Shown here one piece after another: positions 1-12,570 of a stretch of DNA of 64,000 nt. The stretch spans positions 3,410,001 through 3,474,000 of the forward strand of contig NW_025767046.1 in the NCBI RefSeq assembly GCF_003918875.1. The letters run 5' to 3'. Under the pieces are notes generated by a model, which ran no database searches, was not told where the DNA came from, and saw only the letters and a list, made by a program, of their open reading frames with translations. This DNA comes from Haliotis rubra (Eukaryota). Each line of letters begins with the position of its first letter. The first letter of the stretch is position 1. The translations under genes were made by a program, and so were the position numbers.

Positions 1-516
1 TTTCAATATTCATTCAGTTATTAATATGTACTAGACATCCAGTATCTTTAGAAAAAAGTCTGACTATTCAAATCGCAAAAATTGGTACACTTTGAAACGG
101 TATTCTCGTGGACGTTCTCGAACACCCCAAAACCAGGGGAACCAACTGCAGCGGTCCCTGTCAAACAAAATGCTGACAACCGCGTGTGATATGCTGTGCT
201 GTTGTTGTTTTTAATCGGAAATACTTTACTATGAAGAAAATACCTAAAACTTTGTTATGTGTTGTGTGATATTTGTTTTGGGATATTTTCAATTATTTTG
301 AGTTATACATACGAGTTTATGTCATTACTCGTAGTACATGGGCGAACCTTTCATACATTTGAGACTGTTGACGGTAAATCAAAATCCATCCTTTATTAAA
401 CGTGATTTTGGAAAGAAAGGAGGAAAAGGTAGGCGTAGGACAAAGTGAGAGCATGACAAAGCAAAGAGACATAATGACAGACAAACGAAAGGGAATAAAA
501 GAAAGGAAGGAAATAC

Positions 517-745
517 CTGAGATAGACGACAACATAGGGAAAGCAAGAGCAGCAAATACAAGTGCTTGAAATCAGGAAAATCGCAGTACTTTGCAATGCA
601 AAAGTGGTGTGATATCAGAGATGTCCGTTCGCAATGAACAAAGATGGCTGATTGTTTATCACTGTTGCTAGGTAACCACCCTTCAAAGCCAATCACGTGA
701 GATTTGGGTTAATGGAAAACGTGAACCGGAAAGCTTTTCCGGCAC
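517..745 (-). promoter_or_regulatory. Putative promoter plus first exon, copy 1 of 3
   Basis: Near-palindromic ETS-like CCGGAAAGCTTTTCCGG (726-742), YY1-like AAGATGGC (641-648), ATG at 535, minus-strand donor CAG|GTATTT at 516. Homologous to 5501-5725 and 8835-9055. Confidence 0.45.
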
Positions 746-1158
746 TTTTGGTTCTACTACAATGTCTAGCCTAATATTCCAATGCTGAATTCATTTGTGT
801 ATCGCTTAGCTATATAATAAATGCGTAAAATACATCGACTACACCAAAAAAACCAATAAAACGTTAACAGTATTTTACGTATTCTTATATATATATAATA
901 TATATACAAGGAGTCTGGCCTATGGAAATCAAATACACATCGTTTACATAGGAAAGCACAACATAGGCTTTTCTTTCTGCGAAAATTGCGATAATTTAAT
1001 GTAGACACTACTATATCTTGAAATTATTCTACCCAAACATTCATCAATAGTATTTTAACATTTTCTGCTTTCATGCGTGGTATGTCAATCTTCCTCTTAT
1101 ACAGAAAAACAAACTTGACAAAATTGGAAACATATCCAGCAAAATTTGAGGCTTCAAT

Positions 1159-1387
1159 CTGTGTATGAAATAAGCCAAAACCCCAGCTAGACATCAGGGC
1201 TGGTAACTTCAAAATGTTACCAGTCCAAAATGGATTTAACCAGACCAGACACCAAAATATGACTCAGATGTATATAACGTTATCTAAACATTTCCCAGAC
1301 CATCGGGCTGGCTAGCTGTAAATCTAGACCCTACGTCTGAAATGTAACCCGTCTCGGGCGGTCGGGCGGGCCTTATTTCATACACTG
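1159..1387. mobile_element. MITE with short TIRs (hAT-like)
   Basis: Termini ctgtgtatgaaataag / cttatttcatacactg, flanked on both sides by cttcaat. Confidence 0.6.
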
Positions 1388-1837
1388 CTTCAATTTCGAA
1401 CCTCTTCCTTTTCAGTATGAGTCCAGAGTTAAAAAAAATCTCTGGCCATTCAATCGAACCCATCACACTTTTTAAATGAATGTTGGCTGAATGTTATAAA
1501 TTTCTGCCTTCTGGCCGCCGTTTCAAAATCATGTATTACAAAACAAATACATACACTATTACAGCGTAATGAAATCAATGATATGGCACAAGTGATTATT
1601 TATTATGTACTTTGATTATGATTCATCATTATATTGTGATTAGCTTGACATTTGTGTGTATAGATTTACTTTAAATTATTTGTTGTTATATGCATTGTAC
1701 TGGCTCTTTGAATGGAAGACAAATTTCCCTTGCTAGACAATAAAGTTTATCTTATCTTATTTCATCCATTACTCTTACAGTAATATTGGTCATCACCTGA
1801 AGTGTGTCTGAGGCACAATCAGTGTACATTAAAGCAG

Positions 1838-2005
1838 CAGGGATTGGGAAAGGCAGGGGCCATGGGCCATTTTGCACATTAGAACCAAAAATGGCCTATT
1901 AAAATTTTGAAGTTTACTATTGATACAAGGGCATTGGCCTAAATTCAGAAAATGGCTAATAATCCTGAAAATGGCCCATTGTCAAAGTTCTCTATCCCAA
2001 TTCCT
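1838..2005. mobile_element. Short MITE; second copy inverted at ~5077-5258
   Basis: Termini cagggattggga...tcccaattcctg. The internal ggggccatgggccattttgcacattag block recurs reverse-complemented near 5200-5245. Confidence 0.6.
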
Positions 2006-2460
2006 GAAGCAGTAACCCATTTACAAGAGATACTTACTATTTCTGTACACAAAGCAATTGAAACTTTGAGGACAAAATATAAAACCATTCATACTTTTTA
2101 AGTATCTATGGAGCCATTTCTACAAATGAGTTCGGTGCATGAAATGCATTTTATCTGCAATGATGTACTTTCAATTTACATCAGATTTAGTTTTGTGGGT
2201 TTCAGTTTCAAAATTTCTAATGAAGTTTTTTTCCATTGATTTGAATGGGCAATATCATTAGTTGATTTCAATCCCTATTTATGTGTTAATGTATCTTCAT
2301 TTTATATATGGAGACGTGAATATCTTACATACAAGTAACAACTGTAGATATTTCCCCCCACCTTATATTCAACCACTGGTATATTTCTGTTATCCACTTT
2401 TAACTGATGTGGAGAGAAAGGGAGACTGCATAGGGCTATAAGCATTTGTGAAAATATATA

Positions 2461-3222
2461 TAATGCTTGTTTGAACAGTAACCTATAACTCTATATATAA
2501 ATCTGAAAGATTATCATATACTTGTTCTTCAGATCAGAGTTAATTACAGTTTAATTCTTATCCTCAATCTTTCATGTCTGCTTGATAATGTTCCCAAAAT
2601 GTTACATGTACGTTGTAACTGACAATGTACACACAGTCAGACATAACTGAAGTAAAGGTGATAAACAAAACAAACCCCACTAAATAATATGCTCGTGGGA
2701 TCTTTATTTCACGACAGTGACGTTGTATTTAGTCTTTTCGAGAAAAACTTTTCGAAAGAACGTAACTTGATAGATGAATAGCGATAAAGTATATAAAAGT
2801 GCCAACATTTACCTGGTAGAAAATTAATCCATGGCCACAGGCTGAACTTGATTTATTTTTGTTTCTTATGCTATATTACTATTTAACTTTATATTCACAC
2901 CTCCTAATGCCAACAGTGAAACTAGGGGCAACGATTACTGGAAACGGAAGGCTTCACTTTAATATATCCTCCGAAGATAGAGCAATTCGAATCTAAAATT
3001 ATCTGTCCATGCAAATGAACGTTTTTATCAAATGCCATGAATTCTGTAGTTCCAAATTCCAGAGGTCAGATGTTAACTTACTTAAATGTGGAATCCTAAA
3101 CAGTCATTACCTGTGTACAGTGTACATTTTGTGTACACATATAATTCTTTACAAATTGACCTGGCCAGGGTACTGTAGCAATTTATATAGAGAGTTATAG
3201 GTTACTGTTCAAACAAGCATTA
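2461..3222. mobile_element. Non-autonomous DNA transposon with ~42-bp TIRs
   Basis: taatgcttgtttgaacagtaacctataactct... (2461-2502) is the inverse of ...agagttataggttactgttcaaacaagcatta (3181-3222); TA at both ends. Confidence 0.7.
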
Positions 3223-3920
3223 AAATTCCCGGGACATGGTTATTCTTTCCCGAATCTTTGCACACACAATAACCAGACTGTCAGCTAATGTGCTTTTTGT
3301 AGCCTGAACAGGGATTTTCAGAATCTTTCAACCTTGACACAGAAACAAGTATAACACTGTTTGTAGAGGCTTATTTGTTCAGATCATATCACTACAGTAG
3401 GGAATATTCTTTTGCTAAATCTTGAACACTCTTATCACTGATGTGCCTTTTGTTACCTATTCGGGGATTTTTAGAATTTTTCATTTGATAGGGTACTGTA
3501 GCAAATCCTTCCCAGGACATGGTTGTAGTACTAGCTATTGGCGCGTGTGTGGTTTTTTAAAATGATAATCTAGTAAAACAATCGACATACTTAACGCATT
3601 AACTGGTATACTCATGTCATATAATTGTCAATCTCATCGTGTTTCACTGTCGGGTAGGTTTATTCCTATATTAATATAGTGAATAATATGATACATTGTC
3701 TTCATGTAATGTCGTGGATTATGTATATCATATTATTCACCTGGTGTCATCTAGTTTCGACAGGGCTGGCAGGTTGGATACACTGCACTTGCTTCTTACC
3801 CCTGATGCCTTATGGTGCATAAGACACCTTTCAGGAGTTTTGTAAGGACACCATAAGGACAATTTCAGTGTTATATTCAGTGTGTTTTGTATATAAATCG
3901 GAATGTCAGTTACATCTGAG

Positions 3921-4840
3921 CAGCGTTCGAAATAGCTGCTGGCCCGCTAGCCAAATGCTAGTTGATTGTGAATCGGGCCTGTAACTTATTGTTAAAGCTA
4001 TCTCGACTGGCGAGCTGAAAATCTAAGATAATGTGTTCTTTATTTATGTAGATGGATATGATGAAGTTAACCATTAAGGTGTTAATTTAAAAGTCCGTCC
4101 GCAAGTTTCGTGATATTATTACAATCTCGTTGTCACACGAAGATCGTTATATAAGCATGTTCAGAGCGTTGCGCAGAAGAGGTTGTGACTTATTACAATA
4201 CAAATGCAACGTTTAACTTGATTGTGTTTGTTTGATTTATACTTCTCATCAAAAGTTTAGACTCACTAGTGTAAACATAGCCACTTACTTCAGACAACTG
4301 TTCTAAACTAAATTTTGCAAACTATGCCATACTGTTTAAAGGTACTGTTTACACATGAACTGATGTATTGTAAAACAAATTCGTAACTTTGAAAAGAGTA
4401 TTGTCGAGTTCAATAAATGATAAAAATCAGGGAAAATTGGCGAATTCGTAACAAAACGTTACACCACAACGCAGCTGTTCCCATGCACGATATATGCACA
4501 TGCTTTTCAGCAATTTGATGCATGATTCTCGTGCAATTCATCTGCATAAAGTTTGCAGTATGTTCCTCTAAGTTAGTGGAGAAATCAATCTTCGATGTAA
4601 CCATATATATACGCATAACATATAGTGAGTGTTGTAAGTGAGTCTAAACTTTTGAAGAGAAGTATATATTGTTTCCAAGGGGCGACAATAACTTACTATC
4701 TTCAATTACCAAACATCCCACCAGTTCTGACCGATGTACATTTTGATATTGAGGGCCAGTGAAGTATGATGTCGGCTAGCAATAGTTTTACTTAACTAGC
4801 CCTCCTGGCCAGTGACTTTTCAAAATTAATTCAGACACTG
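3921..4840. mobile_element. hAT-type MITE with 8-bp TSD, carrying a nested Tc1-type MITE
   Basis: Perfect TSD CATCTGAG at 3913-3920 and 4841-4848; CAG...CTG termini. Confidence 0.75.
4240..4664. mobile_element. Tc1/mariner-type MITE; second copy inverted at ~47705-48089
   Basis: TIR tacttctcatcaaaagtttagactcac / gtgagtctaaacttttgaagagaagta with TA flanks; internal sequence matches 47705-48089 in reverse complement. Confidence 0.75.
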
Positions 4841-5500
4841 CATCTGAGTGGCAAAAGATAGTATGCTGAGTTTGCTTTAGAAGTCTTGTAAGTAAGTAAG
4901 TCTTTAGAAAGTATTGCCCTAACGTCTGTCTGTTTCAAAGTCATAGCGTCAGTATATATAAACAATTGAAATGTGTTGTGAAGGAAGTACTACTACATGA
5001 TGTTTCCTGTAATATTTGACAGTAAGTATGAAATGGTTTTACTTACAATTTACAAGTGTCACGAACATCCCATGACCAGGGATTGGGTTAGAAAACTTTG
5101 AAAATGGGCCATTTTCAGGATTATTAGCTATTTTCTGAATTTAGAATGGGCCACTGCCCTTGTATCAATAGTAAACTTCAAAATTTTAATCATTAAATGG
5201 GCCATATTTTATTCTAATGTGCAAAATGGCCCATGGCCCCTGCCGTTCCTAATCCCAGCATGACATTAATAGTTTTACGTGTATGCTTCTAAAAAGCAGT
5301 AAACGCAGCTTGATTACTAACAGACAGTCTCAGGGACCCTAAAATCAGAGCACAGGACCATCCAACTAATACTTTAAACCAACAATTGTTTGTTACATGG
5401 TTCTGAGCTCAAGAAGAAACCCAAGAAACCAACTAAAGACTAAGACAGAAAACACAATGAATGAAATTAAAGCAAGAAAGCAGAAAAAGCAAAGAATTAC

Positions 5501-5725
5501 CTGAGACAGACGAGAACATAGAGAAATTAAGAGAGGGCAGCAACAGAAGTGCTTGAAATCAATAAATCTGCAGTACTTTTCAACGCAAAGGAAGTTTGGT
5601 ATCAGATACGTCTGTTCACAATAAACAAAGATGGCTGATTGAAGCGACTGTTGCTATGCAACCACCTTCACCAGACTTGAGTTACATTGAAAACTAGAAC
5701 GGGAGATCATTTCCGACGCTTCCTG
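5501..5725 (-). promoter_or_regulatory. Putative promoter plus first exon, copy 2 of 3
   Basis: Homologous to 517-745; ATG at 5519, donor CAG|GTAATT at 5500, AAGATGGC at 5628-5635. Confidence 0.45.
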
Positions 5726-6199
5726 CTCATCTAACCTTTTGAGTGACGAGCAAATATAAGTTTCTGTGCAGACGTTCAAAATATTTCAGTTAACTATCAC
5801 TTTGAGGTACAGCAAATTGAAAATGATAGATTCCACCCTGTAACAACGGAAGAATTTTAATATCCACTTTACATGGATTTTTATGTGAGTGTACTGTAAA
5901 GGCTTTCTTTACCACCAGTAAAAACAGAAGCGGTATTGTTCAGACGGCACCTAATTGAATGTCTAACACTCCTTATGATACCATATCTATTGGACAGAAT
6001 GGCAAAGGACTAAATGTCCTAGTGTCTCAGTTAATTAAAAGGTATAGCTAAATCTCTTCAAATAGCAATATATATAAACTGATATGATAGAAAGTGTACA
6101 GCAGAGGTATCGTATTCTAAAATGGAACTGTTTACTGAATCCCTGTTTCAGTAATTAGGGGTTTTAAGAAATTTTACTCTTCTGCAAACACGTTTGTGC

Positions 6200-8340
6200 T
6201 GATGTGCTCCTTACTACCTAGTTAGGGATTTTCAGACCTTTTCTTTCCACCCTTTACACAGACTAAGTTTGATTCTGTTTATACTGGAGTATTTGTTTCG
6301 ATCATATCTGTAATTTAGTGTAAAACTTATTGAAAATATACTTTCACGAGTCTTTGCACACACAGAGAGAAGATTGTCAACCGATATGTCCTTTGCTTTC
6401 CATTTGGGGATGTTTTAATTTTGGTTGGAAGTGGTGTGTTCGATCATATCCATAAAACTTTTGGGAGATATTTGTTCACGACTCTTTGCACAAAGAAAGA
6501 AGACATTGCCAGGTTGACGTTGACGTTGATGTGGTCCAGTCCTTACTACCTAGACAAGGATTTTCAGAATTTTCTTTTTACCGCTTACACAGAACCAAGT
6601 TATACCCTGTTTATAGAGGCGTGTTTGTTCGGAACATACATGCTCCTTACTACCTAGTTAGGGATTTTCAGACCTTTTCTTTTCACCCTTTACACAGAAG
6701 AAGTTTTATTTTGTTGATACTGGAGTATTTGTTTCGATCATATCTGTAAAGCTTGTTGAAAATATTCTTTCACGAATCTTTGCACACATAAAGACCAAAC
6801 TGTCAACGATATGTCCTTTGCTAGCTATTAAGGACTTTTTTAACTTTTCTTTTCGCCCTGACCCGTGAAGATCCGGGGTAGAATAGGTCTTCAGCAACCC
6901 ATGCTTGCCACAAAAGGCGACTATGCTTGCCATAAGAGGCGACTAACGGGATCGGGTGGTCAGGCTCGCTGACTTGGTTGACACATGTCATTGGTTCCCA
7001 ATTGCGCAGATCGATGCTCATGCTATTAATCACTGGATTGTCTTGTCCAGACTCGATTATTTACAGACCGCCGCCATATAGCTGGAATATTGCTGAGTGC
7101 GGCGTAAAACTTAACTCACTCACTGAGTCTTTTCGCCCTTAGAACAAGCAATAAGTTTGACTACGTTTGTAGTGGTATGTTTGTTAGGACCCGAAAATTA
7201 TCAAGAAATATTCTTTCACGAATCTCAGCACACACAATGACCAGACTGTCAACTGATGTGTCTTTTGTTACCTGTTCGACGATTTTTAGCCTTTTTCTGT
7301 TCAACCTTTACACAGAAACAAGTATGACACTGTTTGTAGAGGCTTATTGTTTGGACCATATCTCTAGAACTATTAAGAAATATTCTTTCACGAATCTTAT
7401 CACTGATGTGCCTTTTGTTACATATTTGGGGATTTTTCGAATTGTTCATTTTACCGTTTACACGGAGCCAAGTTTGATTCTTGTTTACAGTGGTGTGTTT
7501 GTTCGGACCCTATCTCTAAAATTATCAAGAAATATTCTGTCACGAATCTATGCACACTCAAAGGCCATGTTATCACTGATGTGCCTTTTGTTACCTATTC
7601 GAGTATTTCTAGAAAATGTCTTTTAACCGTTTACACAGAACCAAGTTTGACTGTGTTTATAGTGGTGTGTTTGTTGGGACCATTTCTGTAAAACAATTAA
7701 TATTCTTTCACGAATCTTTGCACACACTGACCAGACTGTCAACTGATGTGATTATGTTGCCTAATCGAGGATTTTTAGATTATTCTTTTCAACTTTTACA
7801 CAGAAACAGGTATGACCCTGTTTGTAGAGGCTTATTTGTTCGCACCATAACCTATTAAGATATATTCTTTCACGGCTCTTTGCATACTCAAAGACCAAGT
7901 TGTCAACTGATGTGCCTTTTGTCACCTATTCAGGAATGTTTAGAATTTTTCATTTTACTGTTTACACAGAACCAAGTTTGATTCTATTTATAGTGGGCCA
8001 GTGGTGTGTTTGTTCGGACCGTATCTGTGAAACTATTAAGAAATATTCTTTCACGAATTTTGCACACACAATAACCAGACTGTTAACTGATGTGCCATTT
8101 TGTTACCTGGACATAGATTTTCAGAATCTTTTAACCTTTACACAGAGAAAAGTATACCACTGTTTGAAGAGGCTTATTTGCTCGGATCATATCACTTGTA
8201 GGAAATATTCTTTTGCCAGATTTTGCACACTCAAAGACTATTCGGGGATTTTTAGAAAAATTTTTTTACCGTTTACACAGATCAAAACTTGGCTCTGTTT
8301 GTTGTGGTGTGTTTGTTCGAACTATTTCTCCAAAACTTCG
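6200..8340. repeat. Diverged ~165-bp tandem satellite (smaller patch at 3245-3490)
   Basis: aaatattctttcacgaatc recurs at about 7206, 7378, 7530, 7699, 7861, 8041 and 8203; interrupted by a SINE at 6860. Confidence 0.8.
6860..7127 (+). mobile_element. SINE-like family B, full length (no tRNA head)
   Basis: Starts GACCCGTGAAGATCC and ends GCTGGAATATTGCTGAGTGCGGCGTAAAAC-(ACTC)n; 12-bp TSD TCTTTTCGCCCT (6848-6859, 7128-7139). Other copies: 14360-14600(+), 23470-23633(-), 29490-30130(+, split), 34749-34980(-), 37055-37300(-), 41150-41335(+), 56540-56950(-, two), 57270-57570(-), 60513-60685(-), 61457-61694(-), 61953-62180(-), 62710-62944(-), 63190-63413(-). Confidence 0.85.
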
Positions 8341-8834
8341 TGTTGCAGTATTTTGCGTATTTCTGGAGCTTAGATATGTCCTTTTTCTCGTACCAGGTTA
8401 AAAAACATCACTGAAATATAACACCGAGTTTATTATATCGAGATTTCAAAACATGAATGAATGGTGATGTATTGATGTCAAGAAATGGAGAGATTTACGA
8501 TGAATCTAGTCAGATTATATTTTTTCGGCGACACTGCTTACACTTGCTAAAACGAGGCGTGTTGCATCACACAGACATTGTAAATACTCGGATGGTGGTA
8601 AAAACATTGATTTGAATGCTAAGTCAAGTAGTCAAAGGACTTGCTTATTAAAACGGGGGTTTCCAAGACAGACCAAGGGACTATAAAGCAAATTTTGTAA
8701 CTAATATTCTATAGTTGCAAATATGAGTTGCATAGGTCCGGTGAGGCTAAAAGAAAAAAGCTTCGGAGAAAAAGATTAGAGAAGGAACACACAGTGAAAT
8801 TAAGGCAAAGAAAGCAAAAAAAGCAAACAAATAC

Positions 8835-9055
8835 CTGAGACAGACGAGAACATAGGGAAAGCAAGAGAAGAGCAGCAACAAAAAGGCTTGAAATCAAGAA
8901 ATCTGCTGTACTTTTCAAGGCAAAGCGGTGTATCAGATATGTCTGTTCAAACTGAACAAAGATGGCTGATTGAAATCACTGTTGCTAAGCGACCACCTTA
9001 AAAGATTCGGGTTACATTGAAAACTAAAACGGGAAATCTTTTCCGAAGTTTCCAG
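8835..9055 (-). promoter_or_regulatory. Putative promoter plus first exon, copy 3 of 3
   Basis: Homologous to 517-745; ATG at 8853, donor CAG|GTATTT at 8834, AAGATGGC near 8960. Confidence 0.45.
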
Positions 9056-12000
9056 CGTAAACAATGTTAGTCATATTGCCAATCTTGTCTTGGGTCTCGA
9101 CAGGCAGGTTGATAGTTTCTTTTCAGGATATTAAAATGTATTTAGGGAAGCCTTCACTTTCAGGAAAATAACTGCTGTAACAAAATTGTTAGATGGTCCT
9201 TTGATCCGACCTGCCCTAATAGCATAATCATCTTATTGCAGTGACTGACTGAATGAAACATAGTCAGCAGTTAATCTGGATCAAGTTTCCAGATTTCTGA
9301 GATTTATATGTTACTTTTTCCATCTGTGAGGAATTTCCTTTCCAAATATGTTTCATAACATGTTCATGGAATTTTTGGGCGTAGGGATCTGTAGTTTCCA
9401 AGATGTGGCCAAGACATTCTCAAGGAAAAGTCCATCTTTGATATTACACATCAATCAACCAACAGTGACATGACAAGTTCAGTGTGGGAAATTCCAATCA
9501 GTTAGTGAATGAGTTACGTTTTACACTGCTTTTAGTAATATTCAGTGGACTGTCTGGCTCAGACACCATTATTTACAGACTGCCGCCACATAGAATCTAG
9601 CTGGAATGTTGCTGAGTGCATGTGAAACTGAACTCACTCTCTCACTTTAGCAATATTCCAGCAATATCACGCGGGGGATACAGCAACTGAGCTTCACACT
9701 TTGTACCCAAGTGGGGAATTGAACCTGGTCCTCAGCGCCAAGAGCAAACGCTTTAAGCACTAGGCTACCCCAGCCCAAATTTCCAATGTAGGTAGAACAG
9801 GTATATCATGTAGCATGAGAAAAATGTCATAATTGCTTCCTACATTCAGTATAGATATGTATTATCTGTTGCATTATGAATTGAAAATATTTTAGAAAAA
9901 AGCTTTCTTTTCAAGCTTGTTGGGACATTACAGGTGCCCGCCTCTTTGGGCAGATTACCAACATATGACCATTTGATCCCATATGGTAGATGAAGTTGCC
10001 TAATCTATACTAAATTCCTATGGTCAGCTTATACCTTTTGAAGAAATATTAAAATAAAATATGATTGTAGCTATATTGTGTAATTTCTCTTTTAACACCC
10101 CCAGAACTTCTATAGCTCTAATGGGACAAACTATTTCCAAATCAGTCTTATCCTTGAAACAAGTCAATATGAAATACAAACCATAGAAATATAGCGAGTA
10201 CAAGAACATCACGAGATAGAGGTAACTTAAAATGAGATAATATCAATGAAGAACCGCTCTAGAAAATACAGATAGAAGAAGACGTGATTGTAAGAGTTTG
10301 GTTTCCAGTAGATCTAACCTCTCAAATAGATAAATGATACTGTAGGATCAAAATGTGGACGTTACATTGACTGAAGCAGTAAACCACAAACAGAATACAA
10401 ACGAAAATATAACGAAAGAAAGAGATGGACAGCAAGTAACTGAAATACATCTCGGCAGTACGTTGTAGCCCTTATGAGAAAACAGTTCTTTTTGCGTTAT
10501 GATTGGTTTCCGAAAATGAAATGTTTTCCCATGCCTCTGGTTCATGGGTCAATTTCAAAATGCAGTAGGCCTAACTGTGTACACGAGGATAGTTCTTTCA
10601 GTAGAACATGCTGAATAATATAGTCACACTTCCTCACCAAAGATAGAAATTTAACATGGATATTCTTCCCAATAGTAATTTAACGAAAACACTAGACGAA
10701 ATAAGGTAAGGAATCATTGTGTATGGTTGAACAGAGGTATCTGCAAACATTGCTGTCGCTCCGCCGTTCTGAGAGAAAACACTGTGACATATTGTCTTGA
10801 ACACTGAACGACCATTCGGGTATGATTCCTCCAACATACCCTGTCCTGAAAGAAATCCGACCCTGACATTAAATGACTGAAGCCTAAGGATGTCAGGAGT
10901 ATGATTTTATAAATTGTTTCCCTCAAGACGTGATATCGTTAGATATTAGGGGCCCAGTATTAGGCTAATTTCCCATAGGTAAAACAAAAAAAACCTATAT
11001 TTTGTGCCATTTTGGATAGGGATAAGCACGATAACTATTCTTAGTAAGAGTTTCTACGTTTTTCAAACGCCTGATAAACAGGTTTTTTGGCATGATCCCA
11101 TCAATAAGGAAACTTACCTTAGCTTGGTCTTTATCCTCCCTAAAAATGGCGTCGAATGAATGTGCTGAGTCAGGGTGAAGGTCATCAAAGTAAGATAACT
11201 CCAAGCGAAAATGCACACTCCGACGCAGTGATTAATATTACGCCGGTATAAGGTTGTCTGCATGGAACTCTGTATAGGGGAGAGGTCACCATTTAACCAT
11301 TCATTTTGGAAACGATATGTTGGACTAGTGCATCCCAATATAGAAGAACAGATTCGTTCTGTTTATGATAATGAGCCCGTGAAGTGAGTGAGTGAGTATG
11401 GTTTTACGCCGCTTTTAGCAATATTCCAGCAATATCATGGCGGGGGACACGGGAAATGGGCTTCACACATAGTAGCGAGCCCGTGAAGATCTGGTCTGCA
11501 GTTCGGAGGCGGTAGTCTGTTAACAATCGAGTATAGACCCGACAGTGACCGATATCATGGGCACCAGTCGACAGAGTTGGAATACATGGACATACATTAA
11601 CCAAATCACCGAGCCTGACTGCAGCTCCCGTAAGTCGCCTCCTAAGACAAGCGTTGGTTGCTGGAAATCAATTCAGATCTTCACGGGTCAAGAAACTTAA
11701 GCGATAAGGTTACATCTTCTGCTTAATGATTGTACATGTTATTTGCGACCTGTCCGTTGTTGTAGCAACTTCAACTCGATTCTTTTCTTGTCTTGATAGT
11801 AATCGCTGTAAAGAGGTTTTGAGCACTAAGATCTGCTTTTCATGAGATTTCAGTGCTTCGTCAAAACCCTACTCATATAAAACCTACCAGCTGAAATTCT
11901 TCCATTCTATTCTTCATCAACTTTCTTCATGTTTAATGGGGTTCTACTTCTGGTCGATTTTTTCTTGGAATAATTTCTTCCTTCAAGAGTTCCACATGGA

Positions 12001-12407
12001 AAACACTCAAAGTTGGCATTTGAGATCATACGAGGTGTATGTTTTTTGGGGGTGTATGTACAAAAATGACGGCGTTTAGCGGCCATAATGTATTTTTGGG
12101 TTTTGCGATTTAACAGCCTCACGCTAAATGCAAGGAAACACGCTAGCTTTTATCAACGATCCTTTGGTCGACGTTGGGGCCAAACATCTTGTCTAGTGGG
12201 TCTTCTGTTGTGGGTATATGTTTTTCAAGACGCTTTTAGCAATATTCAAGCAATATCACGGCGGGGAACACCACGGATTGTACTCATGTGGGGACTCGAA
12301 CCCGGGTCTCTGGCGTAACGATCGAACGCTTTAACCACTAGGCTACCCCACCGCCCCGAGCGGAATGTGAACCATGTCCACCTACTGGCAGGCCCTCATT
12401 TATGAGA

Positions 12408-12570
12408 GGGGCGATGTGGTAGCCTAGTGGTTAAAGCGTTCGCTCGTCACATCGAAGACCCGGGTTCGATTCCCCACATGGGTACAGTGTGTGAAGCCCA
12501 TTTCTGGTGTCCCCCGCCGTGATATTGCTAGAATATTGCTAAAATCGGCGTAAAATACAATTCACTCACT
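12408..12570 (+). mobile_element. tRNA(Asp-like)-derived SINE family A
   Basis: A box TAGCCTAGTGGTTAAAGC, GTC anticodon-like loop, B box GGTTCGATTCCC, 3' tail shared with family B. About 20 copies, e.g. 9645-9775(-), 12228-12357(-), 14108-14225(+), 19537-19688(+), 23815-23925(-), 28432-28582(-), 30815-30972(-), 37715-37878(-), 39257-39420(+), 43928-44066(-), 44905-45066(+), 50700-50836(+), 51064-51227(+), 61175-61335(+). Confidence 0.88.

Noticed and set aside
7177-8401. ORFs of 149 and 157 aa
   Set aside because: They lie within the 165-bp satellite and give repetitive, non-domain translations.
12408-12485. tRNA-Asp-like sequences here and at about 20 other sites
   Set aside because: No acceptor-stem pairing, and each continues into a SINE body and tail.
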